DNA of 64,000 nucleotides from the NCBI GenBank assembly GCA_907165135.1, contig OU015569.1, positions 10,664,001 through 10,728,000 on the forward strand, given 5' to 3'. This DNA comes from Oikopleura dioica. Its lineage: Eukaryota; Animalia; Chordata. Below are positions 50,951-63,697 of the stretch, one piece after another (position 1 is the stretch's first letter; each line of letters begins with the position of its first letter). Made by a program: the position numbers and the translations under genes. Under the pieces are notes generated by a model. That model searched no databases. It saw nothing but the letters and a program-made list of their open reading frames with translations, and was not told the origin of the DNA.

Positions 50951-53900
50951 ATGATCTTGTTTTTCATTTTATATTGCGGCTCGGGCGCTGCCGCAGATGA
51001 TAATCCAAAAATATTGAGCAGAGATGGAAGGTATGATCTCGTCATCGTTTAATATTTGATCATACTTTTTGAAATCATCGATACTTACTAGTAGGTCAGT
51101 AACAGCTAGTAACTAATCCTTCAGTTTACAATTTCTTGCTGGCACGGGGAAAAATATTTCATTTTCTGCTGGTGAGGGAGCCTCAGTTTGGGTTGGCGAA
51201 GAAGACATTATCTCCGCTCTTGACGATTTTCGTCGAGTTGAGCAAAGCGTGAACTCCTTGAAACAGAAGCTAGAAACTGATAATTGCGGCAACAACCCCT
51301 GCTACAATGGAGCTGCGTGTGTCTCTGTCTATGAAGGCTACTACTGCGATTGTCCAAGTTACTACACCGGGAGAACATGCAGAGAAGATTATAACGAATG
51401 TGCGGATTCTGTTATGGCTGAAAAACTCTGTCTGAACGGTGGCACGTGCGAAAACCAAACTCCTGGTTATTCCTGCGCATGCACAGCAGAATACGACGGC
51501 AGTCAATGCGAACGCGCCTTCGACGATTGTGCCGATGATTTGACGAAGTGTGACAAGGGAATTTGCGCGGATGGAATAAGAAGCCAGGCGGATGTTGCCA
51601 ATTTCACATGTATCTGCAACGCGGGCTGGCAAAAGACTGACGACGGCATTTGCTCGGCAGATATCAATGAATGTTTGAGCTCACCATGCTCTGTTGGTGT
51701 GCAGTGCTACAACACACCAGGCAGCTTCTTTTGCGGCCCCTGTCCTCACGGATATCAAGGTAAGTTTGAATATTTTTGATGTTTATTCGCACTTTTTTGC
51801 ACAGAATTTAATAAGGGCGTTGTAAATTCGAACTGTGTTCAAGTTCCAGTAATCGTACTTGAGATCGTCGCACATGCGGCAATACTTAGTCTGGCTAGCA
51901 AGAGCACAAGAAAAGAGCAAAATCAAGACGATTGCTTTTTGAATCGTAACCTTCATCAGAAAGGGAAAAAACTCAGATAGCCATCCTCCGATCAAGCAAC
52001 TGTATTTGAAAAGAATACCAGTGCATGATATTATGGCGATTCCAAGAGCCTCTTATGATACACTGACAAAATCTATAATTTATTCTTATTTACGTAACAA
52101 AAATCGATCATCATCTTATCTTCAGGCAATGGCTTGCGATGTGATGATCTGAACGAATGCCTTACCAACAATGGTGGATGTTCTACGTCTCCACTTGTCC
52201 AATGTATCAATACAGTCGGTTCCTTTTCTTGCGGTCCTTGTCCACCTGGTTATACTGGCGATGGCTTCACTTGTGATCCGACGTCTCCTTGTATGGTCCA
52301 AAATGGCGGCTGCTACCCCGACGCGACCTGTACGCCCGCTCCTGAACTCGGGCTCAACGGAGTCACTTGCGACTGTCCACCCGGGTACTACGGTAATGGT
52401 TTCGGACCAGAGGGCTGTCAGCCTTTGCCACCCTGCGCAGAGACTTGTCAAAATGGTCTTTGTTTCATGAACGAAGTGTGTGTCTGTTTCGAAGGATGGA
52501 CGGGTCTATCCTGCGATGTAAATATCAATGATCAAATTTGCGAGTCTAGACCCTGTGCTAATGGAGGTCAATGTAGATCCAGTGAGCTTGAATGGTGGTG
52601 CGAATGCCCTGCTGGATGGGTCGGTGAAACTTGCGAGGGACAAGCAAACGAATGTGGCGGAACATACACTGTCAACTCTGGCAACATTGGATATCCCCTC
52701 TCTTCTGGCAATTATCCACACAATGCTGAATGCCTCTGGACTATCCAAGTCAACAGAGGAGTAGGAGTGCATTTCCACTTTGATCAATTCTCTCTTGAAG
52801 GGCCTTACCCCTCGTGTCCTTTTGACGGACTTAGAATTTATGACGGACCAAGTGTCGAGTACGGACAGCTTCTTGGAGTTTGGTGCGGAGATAATGCCCC
52901 TGTGGATGTATTTTCTTGCTCGAACTACGCCTTGCTAGATTTTTACTCTGATTCATCTGTGAACGCTGGAGGCTTCCGAGTTCTTTTTGAGCAATATGAT
53001 CTAACCGGTGAGGATTGCGGTTGCGGTGGCGCATTCATCGACGTCGAAAGTGGTACCTTATCATCACCAAACTATCCTTTGGGTTATCCGACCATGGCGG
53101 AATGTTTCTGGACAATTTCTGTTCAACCTGGGTTTGTGTTGAGCCTTGCTTTTGATGCCGTGCAGCTGGAAGTAACGACAAATTGTATGAACGATTGGGT
53201 GGAAATTCGCGATGGCCTGTTGCCATACGATCCTGTTTTGGCGAAAGTCTGCAGTTACGATCAAGTCCCATCCAATTTGATAACTTCTGGTCCAGCAGCA
53301 CATGTGCATTTCCATTCCGACGATAATCAAGCTGAAGATGAGCAGGGATTTGCAATGTATTGGACAAGAATAAGTGATCCTGACAACTGTGGTGGTGTGC
53401 TTACCGATGGCGCAGGTAGTATTATGTCTCCGGGATATCCACAAACCTATGGAGTGGGCCACACTTGCTATTGGACTATTGTTGGAGTTCCAGGTGATCA
53501 GATGGCACTTCAGTTCACAGATATCGATATTGAAAACAGCGCGAATTGCCAATTTGATTACGTTGAGATCTTTGATGGGCCAGCTGAAGACTCGCCTACT
53601 TTAGGAAGATTCTGCGGATTGACTATTCCAAGCGAGCTTGTCACATCTCAATATCAAATGTTTGTCGCTTTTGTCACCGACGACAGTATTCATGGCCGTG
53701 GATTCTCTGCCGATTACTACACAAAATGTGGCGGTACTTATACTCAGAACAACACTTATATCAGCAGCCCTGGTTTCCCGGGAGTTTACGATCACGAAGT
53801 CGACTGCATTTATAATATCATTGCTCCAGAGGATTTCGTTATTACTCTGACATTCAATTATTTTGACGTGGAAGGCATCGATAATGGCGGTAATAACATT

Positions 53901-56900
53901 TGCTTCTTCGATTGGGTGGAAGTTAGAGATGGAAATACGGCGACATCGCCAGTTCTCGGCCGCTTTTGCGGTCCTCAAACACCGGAACCACTTCAATCAA
54001 CCGGGCAGTACATGTACATTAATTTCAAAACCGATGCTTCTCTCAGCGGTGATGGCTGGCAAGCAGTTGCGACCTTTGACGATCTAGGGACTGGTGGTTG
54101 TGGCGGTGTTTTCACAGCTGAAACTGGTCAAATCTCCTCTCCTGGGCATCCGAATCCCTATCCTCATGGTGCCAACTGCACGTGGTATATAAACGCGCCT
54201 TCTGGAGACGTCGTTCAGCTAGAGTTCAACAGTTTCTCATTGGAAGCTGCAACTGACTGCCGATGGGACTATGTGGCTGTTCATGACGGCATGCATCCGA
54301 CAGACGATAACGAGATTGCCAAGTATTGTGGCAATGACATCCCTTCGCGACAATACTCGACTCAAAATCACATGGTCGTCAGATTCGTCAGTGACAATTC
54401 AATCCAGGGTTCGGTATTTTGAATTCGCAAAATTATTCGTTTTTCATTTGAATTTCTATTTATTCGTTTACGAATATTCTCTAATGAGCGAATATGCAAA
54501 ACGAATGAAAACGAATTCTCTCGGCGAATTTTTCAGAAATTCAGCGAATTTCTCAAATATTCGCTTTGCCGCGCGCTCTGATTGGTCGGGCTTTGACGTT
54601 GCGCAGCCTATAATTTTATTTTCACCGCCCAAATAACCTTATAGCTCGCGGGCGCCACCCTTTTCTCGCCCGCGGCCCTGGAGTTCAGCCAATCCAGGGC
54701 TGTACGCTCAATTTCGAGCGAATATTCGCCCGAATAGGCGATTCGCGAACAATCGCTCATTCGCTTAAGAAAAGAGCATATTCGCTGCGTGTATTGGCGA
54801 ATTTTTCGACGAATTCAAAATACCGAACCCTGATTCAATCGCCAGCATCGGCTTTCAGGCTACATACACACTTCTGAACGCTACTCAGCAATGTGGAGGA
54901 ACTATTGACTCTCCATCAGGCGAGCTAGTTACTCCTGGATTTATCTCAGAGAGCAATTATCCGACTTCACGAGATTGTACCTGGCTGATTAATGCTCCAG
55001 CGCAGCAGCAGATTTATGCCCAGTTCAATTATTTCCAGCTCGAAGGTGGTGCAAATTGTCCTTACGATTACGTTGAGCTGCGAAACGGCGAGTACGAGGA
55101 TTCATCACTTATTGGCAGATTCTGCGGCTCTGTCTATCCACCTAATATCACCACGACTCACAACCATCTCCGAGTCCATTTTTACTCCGATTCGTCGGTC
55201 ACTTATCGCGGTTTCCGCATGGCATACGATGCTACAATCGACGGTTGCGGCGGAGACATCGTCGCTTCTATTGGAGATCTTCACTCTCCAAACTATCCAT
55301 TTGCATACAACCACGCCGCCGACTGCTTGTATCATATCACAACTTCTGCCGGAGCAAGAATCAATTTCAATTTCATCGATTTCGATTTAGAAGCAGCAAG
55401 CTGCAGATACGATTGGGTCCAGATCTTTGACGGCCCTACGCAGGCGTACAATCCGCTCAGGAAACGTGCTCAATTTATTGAAAAACATAAATTTCTATTT
55501 ATATTCGAAACATTATTTAAACTCAGCTGCCATTATTCGTGGGTCTATTAAGAAAATAATTATTGTAATTGATAAATTTATTATCACCAAATTACGTTTA
55601 AAATTTATTTTGCAAACATAAATTAATTCTTCGATTATAATTCATAATGAAGTAAGTTTGTTATGAACATGTCTCCAAGCGATCGTCTTTGTGGAACTGG
55701 ACTACCGGATCAACTCATGTCAACTCAAAATCAAGCAACTGTAGAATTCCGAACAGATGCCAGCGTCTCTGGACGAGGTTGGCGGCTTCACTTCGATACG
55801 ACTAACAACAATACCATTGGATGGCCGTTTAATGGTTACATCGAGTCGCCAAACTATCCCTTTGACTATCCAGATAATACAACATACGAGTGGAGAATCT
55901 ACGCGCCAGTTGGAGCCACAATCACGTTATATTTCAACGCGTTCTCTATTCACAACATCGCAACAATCGGCTACTGCTCTGGAGACAGATTGGAGGTCTA
56001 CGAAGGAGATCAGCGAGATAATGACAGCAGAATAGCAATTCTTTGCGGCGCACAACAGCCACAAGCAATCACTTCTACTGGCCAGTCACTTCTTTTACGA
56101 TTTAAGTCCAACGAGCTTTATTCATCAAGCGGATTTAGAATCAATTACGTTATCGACGCTTGCACCGAGGAGCGATCGGCAGTAAACGGACCAGGAACCA
56201 TTCAAATCAGTAAAAATGAGCCATCGCAATGCTACTACAGGATTTCTTCTGAACCAGGCACCAAGATTCAATTGCGTCTCACAGCCATGCAGGTCGCTAA
56301 TACTGCTTGTGAAGCGTCTAGCCTCCGTGTCTACAATGGCGATTTGCCTGTTAGTGACTTTCAGCTCTTAGAAATCTGTGGAAACCCAAGTCTGCCGAAA
56401 CAAACTCAGAGTACTGGATCTGAAATGATTGTCGTATTTACGACAGATTCTGGAAGTAACTCTATGAGTGCTGTTTATCAATCTCTTGCTGGTGGATGCG
56501 GTGCGCATTACATCAAAGAAGAGGGAACTTTCACAAGTCCTAACTATCCAAATACTTACCCGCACAATTCTGACTGTGAATGGCTGATCGATACATCAGA
56601 AGGAAACACTGTCAATCTCTACTTTACCGATTTCCATCTCGAAGGCTCTGGCTCTTTCTGCTACTTTGATTACGTTCGAGTTTATGATGGTGCAAACAAT
56701 ACTGCTCCTCTGTTGGGAACATACTGTGGTAACTACAGTCCCGAACCAGTTCGAGGAACGAGCAATGAAATGTTTGTTCATTTCCAATCCGACTCAAGCA
56801 TCAGCTACGGAGGATTTTCTGCTTCTTTCAACACAGAAACTTGTGGCGAAATCGTACAAGCTGATGAAGGGGCTGGCTCCATTTCATCAAGCAATTATCC

Positions 56901-59900
56901 CGACTTCTACGACTTCAATACTGAGTGCAGATGGACCATCAAAACTGTATCAACGGAAAAAATCCTGCTTGTATTTAGCCATCTGGATATCTGGGTAGAC
57001 ACATATACAGGCAATACGGACACGTGCCAGAGCGCTGATTATATACAAATTTATGAAGGGCGAGAACCAGACAGCACAACACCTAAGTATTGTGGTACCA
57101 GGATTCCTCCTCGATTCGAGTCTGCAGGCAACACAGTCCGTGTCTATCTCAATGCGAAGACCTCCCCGAACGGCCAACAGCGGCATGGTTTTTATGCTAC
57201 ATACAGTACTGCTGTTGATACTTGCGGCGGCGAGTTCTGGGCAGAAAGTGGAGCCTTTACCTCCCCGGGATACAGTAGTGGGGCTTATCCAGTTGGAACA
57301 ACATGCGAGTGGTTATTGACATCATCTCCTGGTAATTGGGTGGCCATCAATTTTGATGATTTTGATCTGCAAGCACCCTCGATATCCGGAACTTGCTACG
57401 ACTACGTCGAGCTCCGTGAAGACAGCTCAACTGGAAAACTCATCAATAAGTTTTGTGGCAGCAACCTTCCGGCTAATGTGACAACTTACTCGTCACACGT
57501 GATCTATGTGAAATTCTACAGTAACACCGCTACTGTTGGCCGCGGATTCTCCGCTTCTTGGTCTCACAGCTACGGTGGCTCCCTTGTCGGCTCAGGAACT
57601 GGACAAATTGCTAGCCCTCTTTATCCGCACTCGTATCCAGTCAATCTCGATGTGACTTGGACACTGTATGTCCGCTACAATCATATTATTCAATATGAGT
57701 GGCTTGCGTTTGCTACAGAAGCAGGAAGTGGAACTTGTGTGAATGATTACGTCATTCTTTATGATGGCCCAGATCGTTCAGCGAGCCAAATAGGACGATA
57801 CTGTGGACAAGAAATTCCCGAAAATGGCGTTACAGAGACGGACACTCTTACAATTTACTTCAAGAGTGATGCTTACTTTACTGATAGTGGATGGTGGATC
57901 AACTGGACCGACGCTGCGACAGGACACATTCCTGATGATGCTGATCCACCAGAGCTAGAACCTAATACTTGTGGAAACGACTATGTAATTGCTCCTGACC
58001 ATCCGATGCCATTGATCATGAATTACTCTCCTAATAAATACCCTGCTGGCATGGACTGCTATTGGAATTTGTATGCAACGAAAGGCTCGCGAATTCTTTT
58101 CACTGTTACTTATCTCGACTTGGAAGGCACAACAGGCAGTTCCTGTTATTTCGATTACATTCAGCTCTTCGATGGGCCGAGCAACAGCTATCCTGAGATT
58201 ACCAAGATTTGCGGTCGAACGACGAGTCTACTCCCGATCAAGGCTTCTTCAACTTCAGATATGATGACAGTTAGATTCCGCACCGATAGTTCGATAAACT
58301 ACCAAGGATTTAATGCGACATACGAGCGAATGTGTGGTGGAACGAAAAATGCTCGCTCTGGAACAATCATGTCACAAAACTATCCAAACGGCTATCCGGA
58401 TAACACGGACTGTGAGTGGCTTATCGAAGTTACTAATGGACTCACTGTTGACGTCAACTTCAACAGCGTCTTCAACATTGACTCTGGAAACTTGGCCTGC
58501 AACGAGTCTGCTGACTACTTAGAGCTGCGAAACGGAGCTGACGACGATGCTCCTCCTCTTTCGCCTTCAACACGAAATTCGGGCGACGCAGATGCGTATT
58601 TCTGCGGTAGTACCGCGCCAGTTGCAATGTCAAGCAGCGGTAACCAGATTAAAGTTCGTTTCATTTCCGACGCAAACCACACTTCTGATACAACAACATA
58701 TGCTGGTTTCCAAATGTCCTGGAATGCTGTCGGAACCGGTTGCGGCGGAGAATACGAAATCACAGACGAATCGCCAACAGGCTGGTTCACCACGCCCAAT
58801 TATCCGGACAACTACGACCTTAATGATTTCTGTATTTGGACAATCAGAGCCGGTTATGGAAAACAAATTCAACTCGATTTCAGTGGCGATTTCGATATTG
58901 AGGACAACTCAGCTTGCGTCTTTGACTATGTGAAAATCTACGATGATGAGTTTAATCACGACGAACCGACACTTGGAACATACTGTGGTACAAACCACCC
59001 AGATACTGTCAGATCGCTTGGAAACGTAATGGTTGTCAAGTTCCGCTCAGACGTCAGTATCACGGGACGAGGATTCAACGCGACATATTCTTCACCAAGA
59101 TGTGGTGGAATGTATACTGGCATGGGCGGAATAATTTCTTACGATGACTACCCTGATCCTTACCCTTCGGACGCGTTCGACTGCGAGTACGTTCTTCGAG
59201 CGCCTCTCTACCACAATGTCCAGGCCAGTTTCTCAGGAGAATTTTCCGTTCCTGGCAGCATGTTTGCCCAGTGCAATGGCGGGGACTACGTTGAGTTCCG
59301 TGACTATCGAGACGCTGGGTTCTTCTACGTGAGAAATCCTGACTCAAACTTAGTTGTTACTATCAATTCGGCGGTTAATTCTGACAATGTAGAGGCAAAT
59401 ACACATCAAGGACTTTACTCACAGCTCTGGCTCTGGGATTTCGACCACATTGTTTCAGTTTACGATAACACGAAAGTTCTAGCTGCTGATGGCGCCAACC
59501 CTGATGCAAATACAAACGTCCACGTTGAGTCATTCACAGGAGCAGATTATCAACGATGGGAAAGAACAAGCGATGGAAAACTGCTGAACAAAAACTCCAC
59601 CAATCTTGTTCTGACCATTCTCGGCAGTGGTAATGCAGGTTCGACCTTGGGACTGAGAGCAAATGCCTCAAACAGCGTCAATCAAGTATGGGAATTCGAA
59701 CACACTTACATCGGTAGAAGACTGGGCATTTTCTGTGGAAACAACATTCCAGCTGCGACGATTTCCTCTGCCGAGCGGGCGATGATTGTTCGACATCACT
59801 CTGAAAACGGGAACTCCGGTCGCTGGCAAGTCACTTGGGAAGCTTCGGAGGATATCTGCGGCGGGCCAACAACCGGCAGCAGTGGTATTATTGCCTCTCC

Positions 59901-62900
59901 AAATTTCCCGAATCAGCCGGATTCAAATCGTGGCTGTACGTGGATGATAACTGTCAACAGTGATCGCTCCGTGAAACTGCAGTTTATGGACGTTAATCTT
60001 GGAATTATGTCCTGTTATTATGATTATGTCAAGGTTTACAACGGTATTCGGGATCAATCGCCTCTTTTCTGGGATGGAACTATCTGTCAAAATCGTCTTC
60101 CTACTCACCCGTTCATATCTACTGGAAATACAATGAAAGTCGAGTTCGAAGCCAGTGGCTTTGGCTATAACGCTGGCTTCCGCGCTAACTATACGTCTGA
60201 CGAGCCTCGTTTCTGCGGAGGAGAGCTCAATATCGCCAACACTACAGATATCGGCTACATTGTTAACCCCGGCTATCCGGATGAATATCCCAACAATACC
60301 GAGTGCGAATGGTTGATCAGCACAGCCGCGAGAGCAAATCAAACCATTTACTTCGAATTTATTGAGCTCGATCTGGAGGACCACGCGACATGCGAGTACG
60401 ATAGAATTGAGTTCAGTGCTCCTTTAATTGACTCTCTTGCTGTTTACAATACCGTCTGCGGGCGTCGCCGACCTCTACCGTATTTCGCTCTGCCGACAAC
60501 CTCCGTCGACGTGGTTTTCCAATCAGATGATTTAGGCCACGGTACATTCAACATGTCCTACGGTATCAAGCCTTGCGGTGGTTATATTTCTGGATCTACT
60601 CAAGGAACTATTTGGTCGCCCAACTATCCCGACACATACAACCATGACGATTACTGCGTGTGGCTTATCGAAGCAGAGCCAGGTCATTCCATTTCCGTTC
60701 AATTCGATCTTAACTCATTTGATGTCGAGCAAGGCGGCAGCGATTGTCGCTTTGATGCCGTGTCTCTCTACAACGGTCCCAGCATCAAGTCACCAGAGAT
60801 TGGTCGCTACTGCAACAACACCATGCCTCCATCAACAGCTGTTCATACAAGCTCCAACTATCTAACGATTCTATTTACGTCAGACTTTTCAATCTCTCAC
60901 GGCGGCTTCGTCATCAACTGGGAAACAGACAACTCAGGCTGTGGAAACCAATTGATTCATAGCGAATATGGCTCACTTCAAAGTCCGAACTATCCAAACA
61001 CCTATCCTGCTAACTCGAACTGCTTCTGGACGATCTTCACCAATCCATCAGACCATGTTAAATTTACCTTCACGACATTCGACCTCGAAGGAAGTATGCC
61101 ATCTTGCTCCTGGGACTATGTCACTTTCCACAGCGGTGACTCTCTCGATGCACCAATGATAGGAGGACGTATTTGCGGTAGTGCAACGCCCGAACCCATT
61201 GAATCTTCACAGGATAAACTGTTTATTCGATTTAGAACGGATGGCTCTGTACAGAAGAACGGCTTTGCTGGAAATTGGGAAACGGTATGCGGACAAACAA
61301 TCGAATCTACCGGAGAACCTGGCGAGTCGGGCATGATCCTGTCACCGAATTACCCAGTTGATTATCCCAACAATTATGACTGCGAATGGAAGCTTGTTGG
61401 TTCCGACACATCCGATTTCGTACGCGCTCATTTTGTTGCCTTTGATCTTGAAGGTGGCAGCTCCTGCCAATACGATTCCGTCAGCGTGTACAGAGGCGAT
61501 CAGAAGGTATCTTCTCAGCTTCTTGGAAAATACTGCGGTACCGAGATTCCTCCTTCGCAATCGGTTCATGGAACTATGCTCATCAATTTCGTCTCTGATT
61601 TTATCATCACCAGCACTGGTTTCCGAATCGACTACGACTTCGAGTCTTGTGGCGGCACAAGATCAGCTCCCAGTGGCGAGATCAACGGACACACGCCGAC
61701 TGACAACTGGAACGAGCACAGAAATCTCAACTGCACTTGGACGATTGAAGTCGATGAAGACAAAATCGTTGAGCTTCGTTTCACACTCTTCGACATCGAG
61801 TTCGATACAAATTGTAACAATGATTATATTGCGATTTACGACGGACCAAGTAAGGTCGGTTATCAGATGATCGGAAAGTACTGTGGAAGTGTTCCTCCTG
61901 CTTTTGTGAGAAGTACAAGCAGATATATGACTCTTGAATATGTCACTGATTTTTATGAAACAAAGGTAAATTCATAACTATCCTTCAGTTATTCCTCTAA
62001 ATAATTTTAAAAGGATGGTTTTATTGCTGAATGGCGACAAACGATCGGCCCCCTTTCTGGCTGTGGTGGAGAACTCACTACTAACACTGGTAGTTTCTCA
62101 AGTCCGGCCGAAAATCCAGGGGATAATTACGAAAATAATCTCAACTGCAACTGGAGAATCTCGGTTAGCGACAACAAAATCATTCAGCTGGAGTTCAGTG
62201 ACTTTGTTTTGGAAAACCATTCTTCTGGAGGCGGGTGCTACGATTACGTTGAAGTCATTGACGGACAACTACTCACAGATCACGTGATTTACAGACAATG
62301 TGGCAATCAGACAAATATCGGTGTTATAAGATCGTCAGCTAACTTCATGATTGTACGATTTAAAACTGACGCTTCAATAACAGGTGCGCGATTTTTGATG
62401 ATTTTAAATTGTAACAGTGTTTATTTCTAGCTGCCGGATTCAACGCTTCTTATACCGTTGCAGATCGTGACTGCGGTGCAACCTTCATTGCCAACTCTAC
62501 TCTTACCGGATTTGGCTACGATTTCACTGGAATAGCGGGTAACTCGCAGATCTACCGCTGCAGCTGGATCATCTCGGCCTCAAGTGACACTCGTTTTGTT
62601 GACATGAGGACCCTTTCTCTCGATGTTCCCGGCTCTAGCGATTCAAGATGTGCGGATGGATATGTCGAGTACCGCGATGTCGGACTTTCCTCCCAATATG
62701 GCCAAGTGCTGCGATACTGTAATGCCGATGGAGGCACTGTGCCACCCGAGTTCTTTTCGCTCTCCGAAACAATGTCCATCACTTTGAGAAACGCGAGGAA
62801 CCAAAATTCTTCCTTCACCGCTCAATTCTCAGATGCCGACTGCTCACGAACCTACACCGCAATGAACGGACGCATCTTTTCCGCCGGATGGCCTCACCAC

Positions 62901-63697
62901 TACGCGCAATATTTGAACTGCCAGATCAGGATTCAAGTGCCAGAAGGAAACAAGATTCAATTGTACTTCAACGAATTCGACGTCGAAGATGCTGAGGACT
63001 GCAATATGGACACGTGTGACCACCTAGATGTCTAGTAAGACTTTTTTAGTGCTCCAAAAGTAAACTCAACATTTCAGCAATTCCACGACTATCCAGTCTA
63101 ACAACTTCATCGGTCGCTACCACGGCAATCGCTTACCCTCTCCAATCTTCCCCAACACGAACAACGTTCTCCTCCACTTCGTCTCTGATCAGCTCGTTTC
63201 TGGACGCGGTTTCGATATTTCTTACGCGGCCAATATCCAGGGCTGCGGTGGAAACCTTACAGGCACTCATGGCAACGTCTATTTGACTGGCTATCCAACT
63301 GATCCGTATCCAGCGAACCAGGTCTGCATCTGGCACATTACAGTTCCGCAGAACAGACAGGTCACGATTCACTTTAGAAATATCAACGTCAGGTAGCGAC
63401 CAAATCGAATACTCGCGAAATATACATATTTCTTCCCAGGTACAACATCGAGAGCAACTCTTGCTACAATGACTACGTCGCCGCCTACGAAGGAATCACA
63501 GACACTGGCCCTTGGCTACGCGCTTACTGTGGGAGAGGAAGTGTCTCCGATGTTTCAGGTAATGATAAAAACTGAAAGCTGACAACTCCATGTTTCTAGC
63601 TCAATCAAATCAAATGACGCTGGTCTGGCGCGCCGGGGACTCATCGGACTCAGATCGAGCTGGCTTTACGGGTTGGTGGATCGAGTGGGAGTCTTAG
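50951..63697 (+). CDS. CUBN: Cubilin: signal peptide, N-terminal stalk, 8 EGF, 27 CUB, plus one inserted ricin-B domain
   Basis: MILFFILYCGSGAAADDNPKILSRDG|SLQFLAGTGKNISFSAGEGASVWVGEEDI resembles the cubilin N-terminus. I counted 8 EGF and 27 CUB domains, the vertebrate cubilin architecture. No TM helix; stop at 63695-63697. Confidence 0.93.
51783..51956 (-). CDS. Nested antisense secreted mini-protein (57 aa, CxxC...CxxxC) in a cubilin intron
   Basis: MKVTIQKAIVLILLFSCALASQTKYCRMCDDLKYDYWNLNTVRIYNALIKFCAKKCE*; pyrimidine-rich AG acceptor ~45 nt upstream; AATAAA overlaps the stop. Confidence 0.6.
   Translation of the reverse strand: MKVTIQKAIVLILLFSCALASQTKYCRMCDDLKYDYWNLNTVRIYNALIKFCAKKCE
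54405..54832. mobile_element. hAT-type MITE, 428 bp, inserted into cubilin coding sequence (CUB5)
   Basis: Perfect 23-bp TIR cagggttcggtattttgaattcg/cgaattcaaaataccgaaccctg; perfect 8-bp TSD ATTCAATC at 54397-54404 and 54833-54840. Confidence 0.96.
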
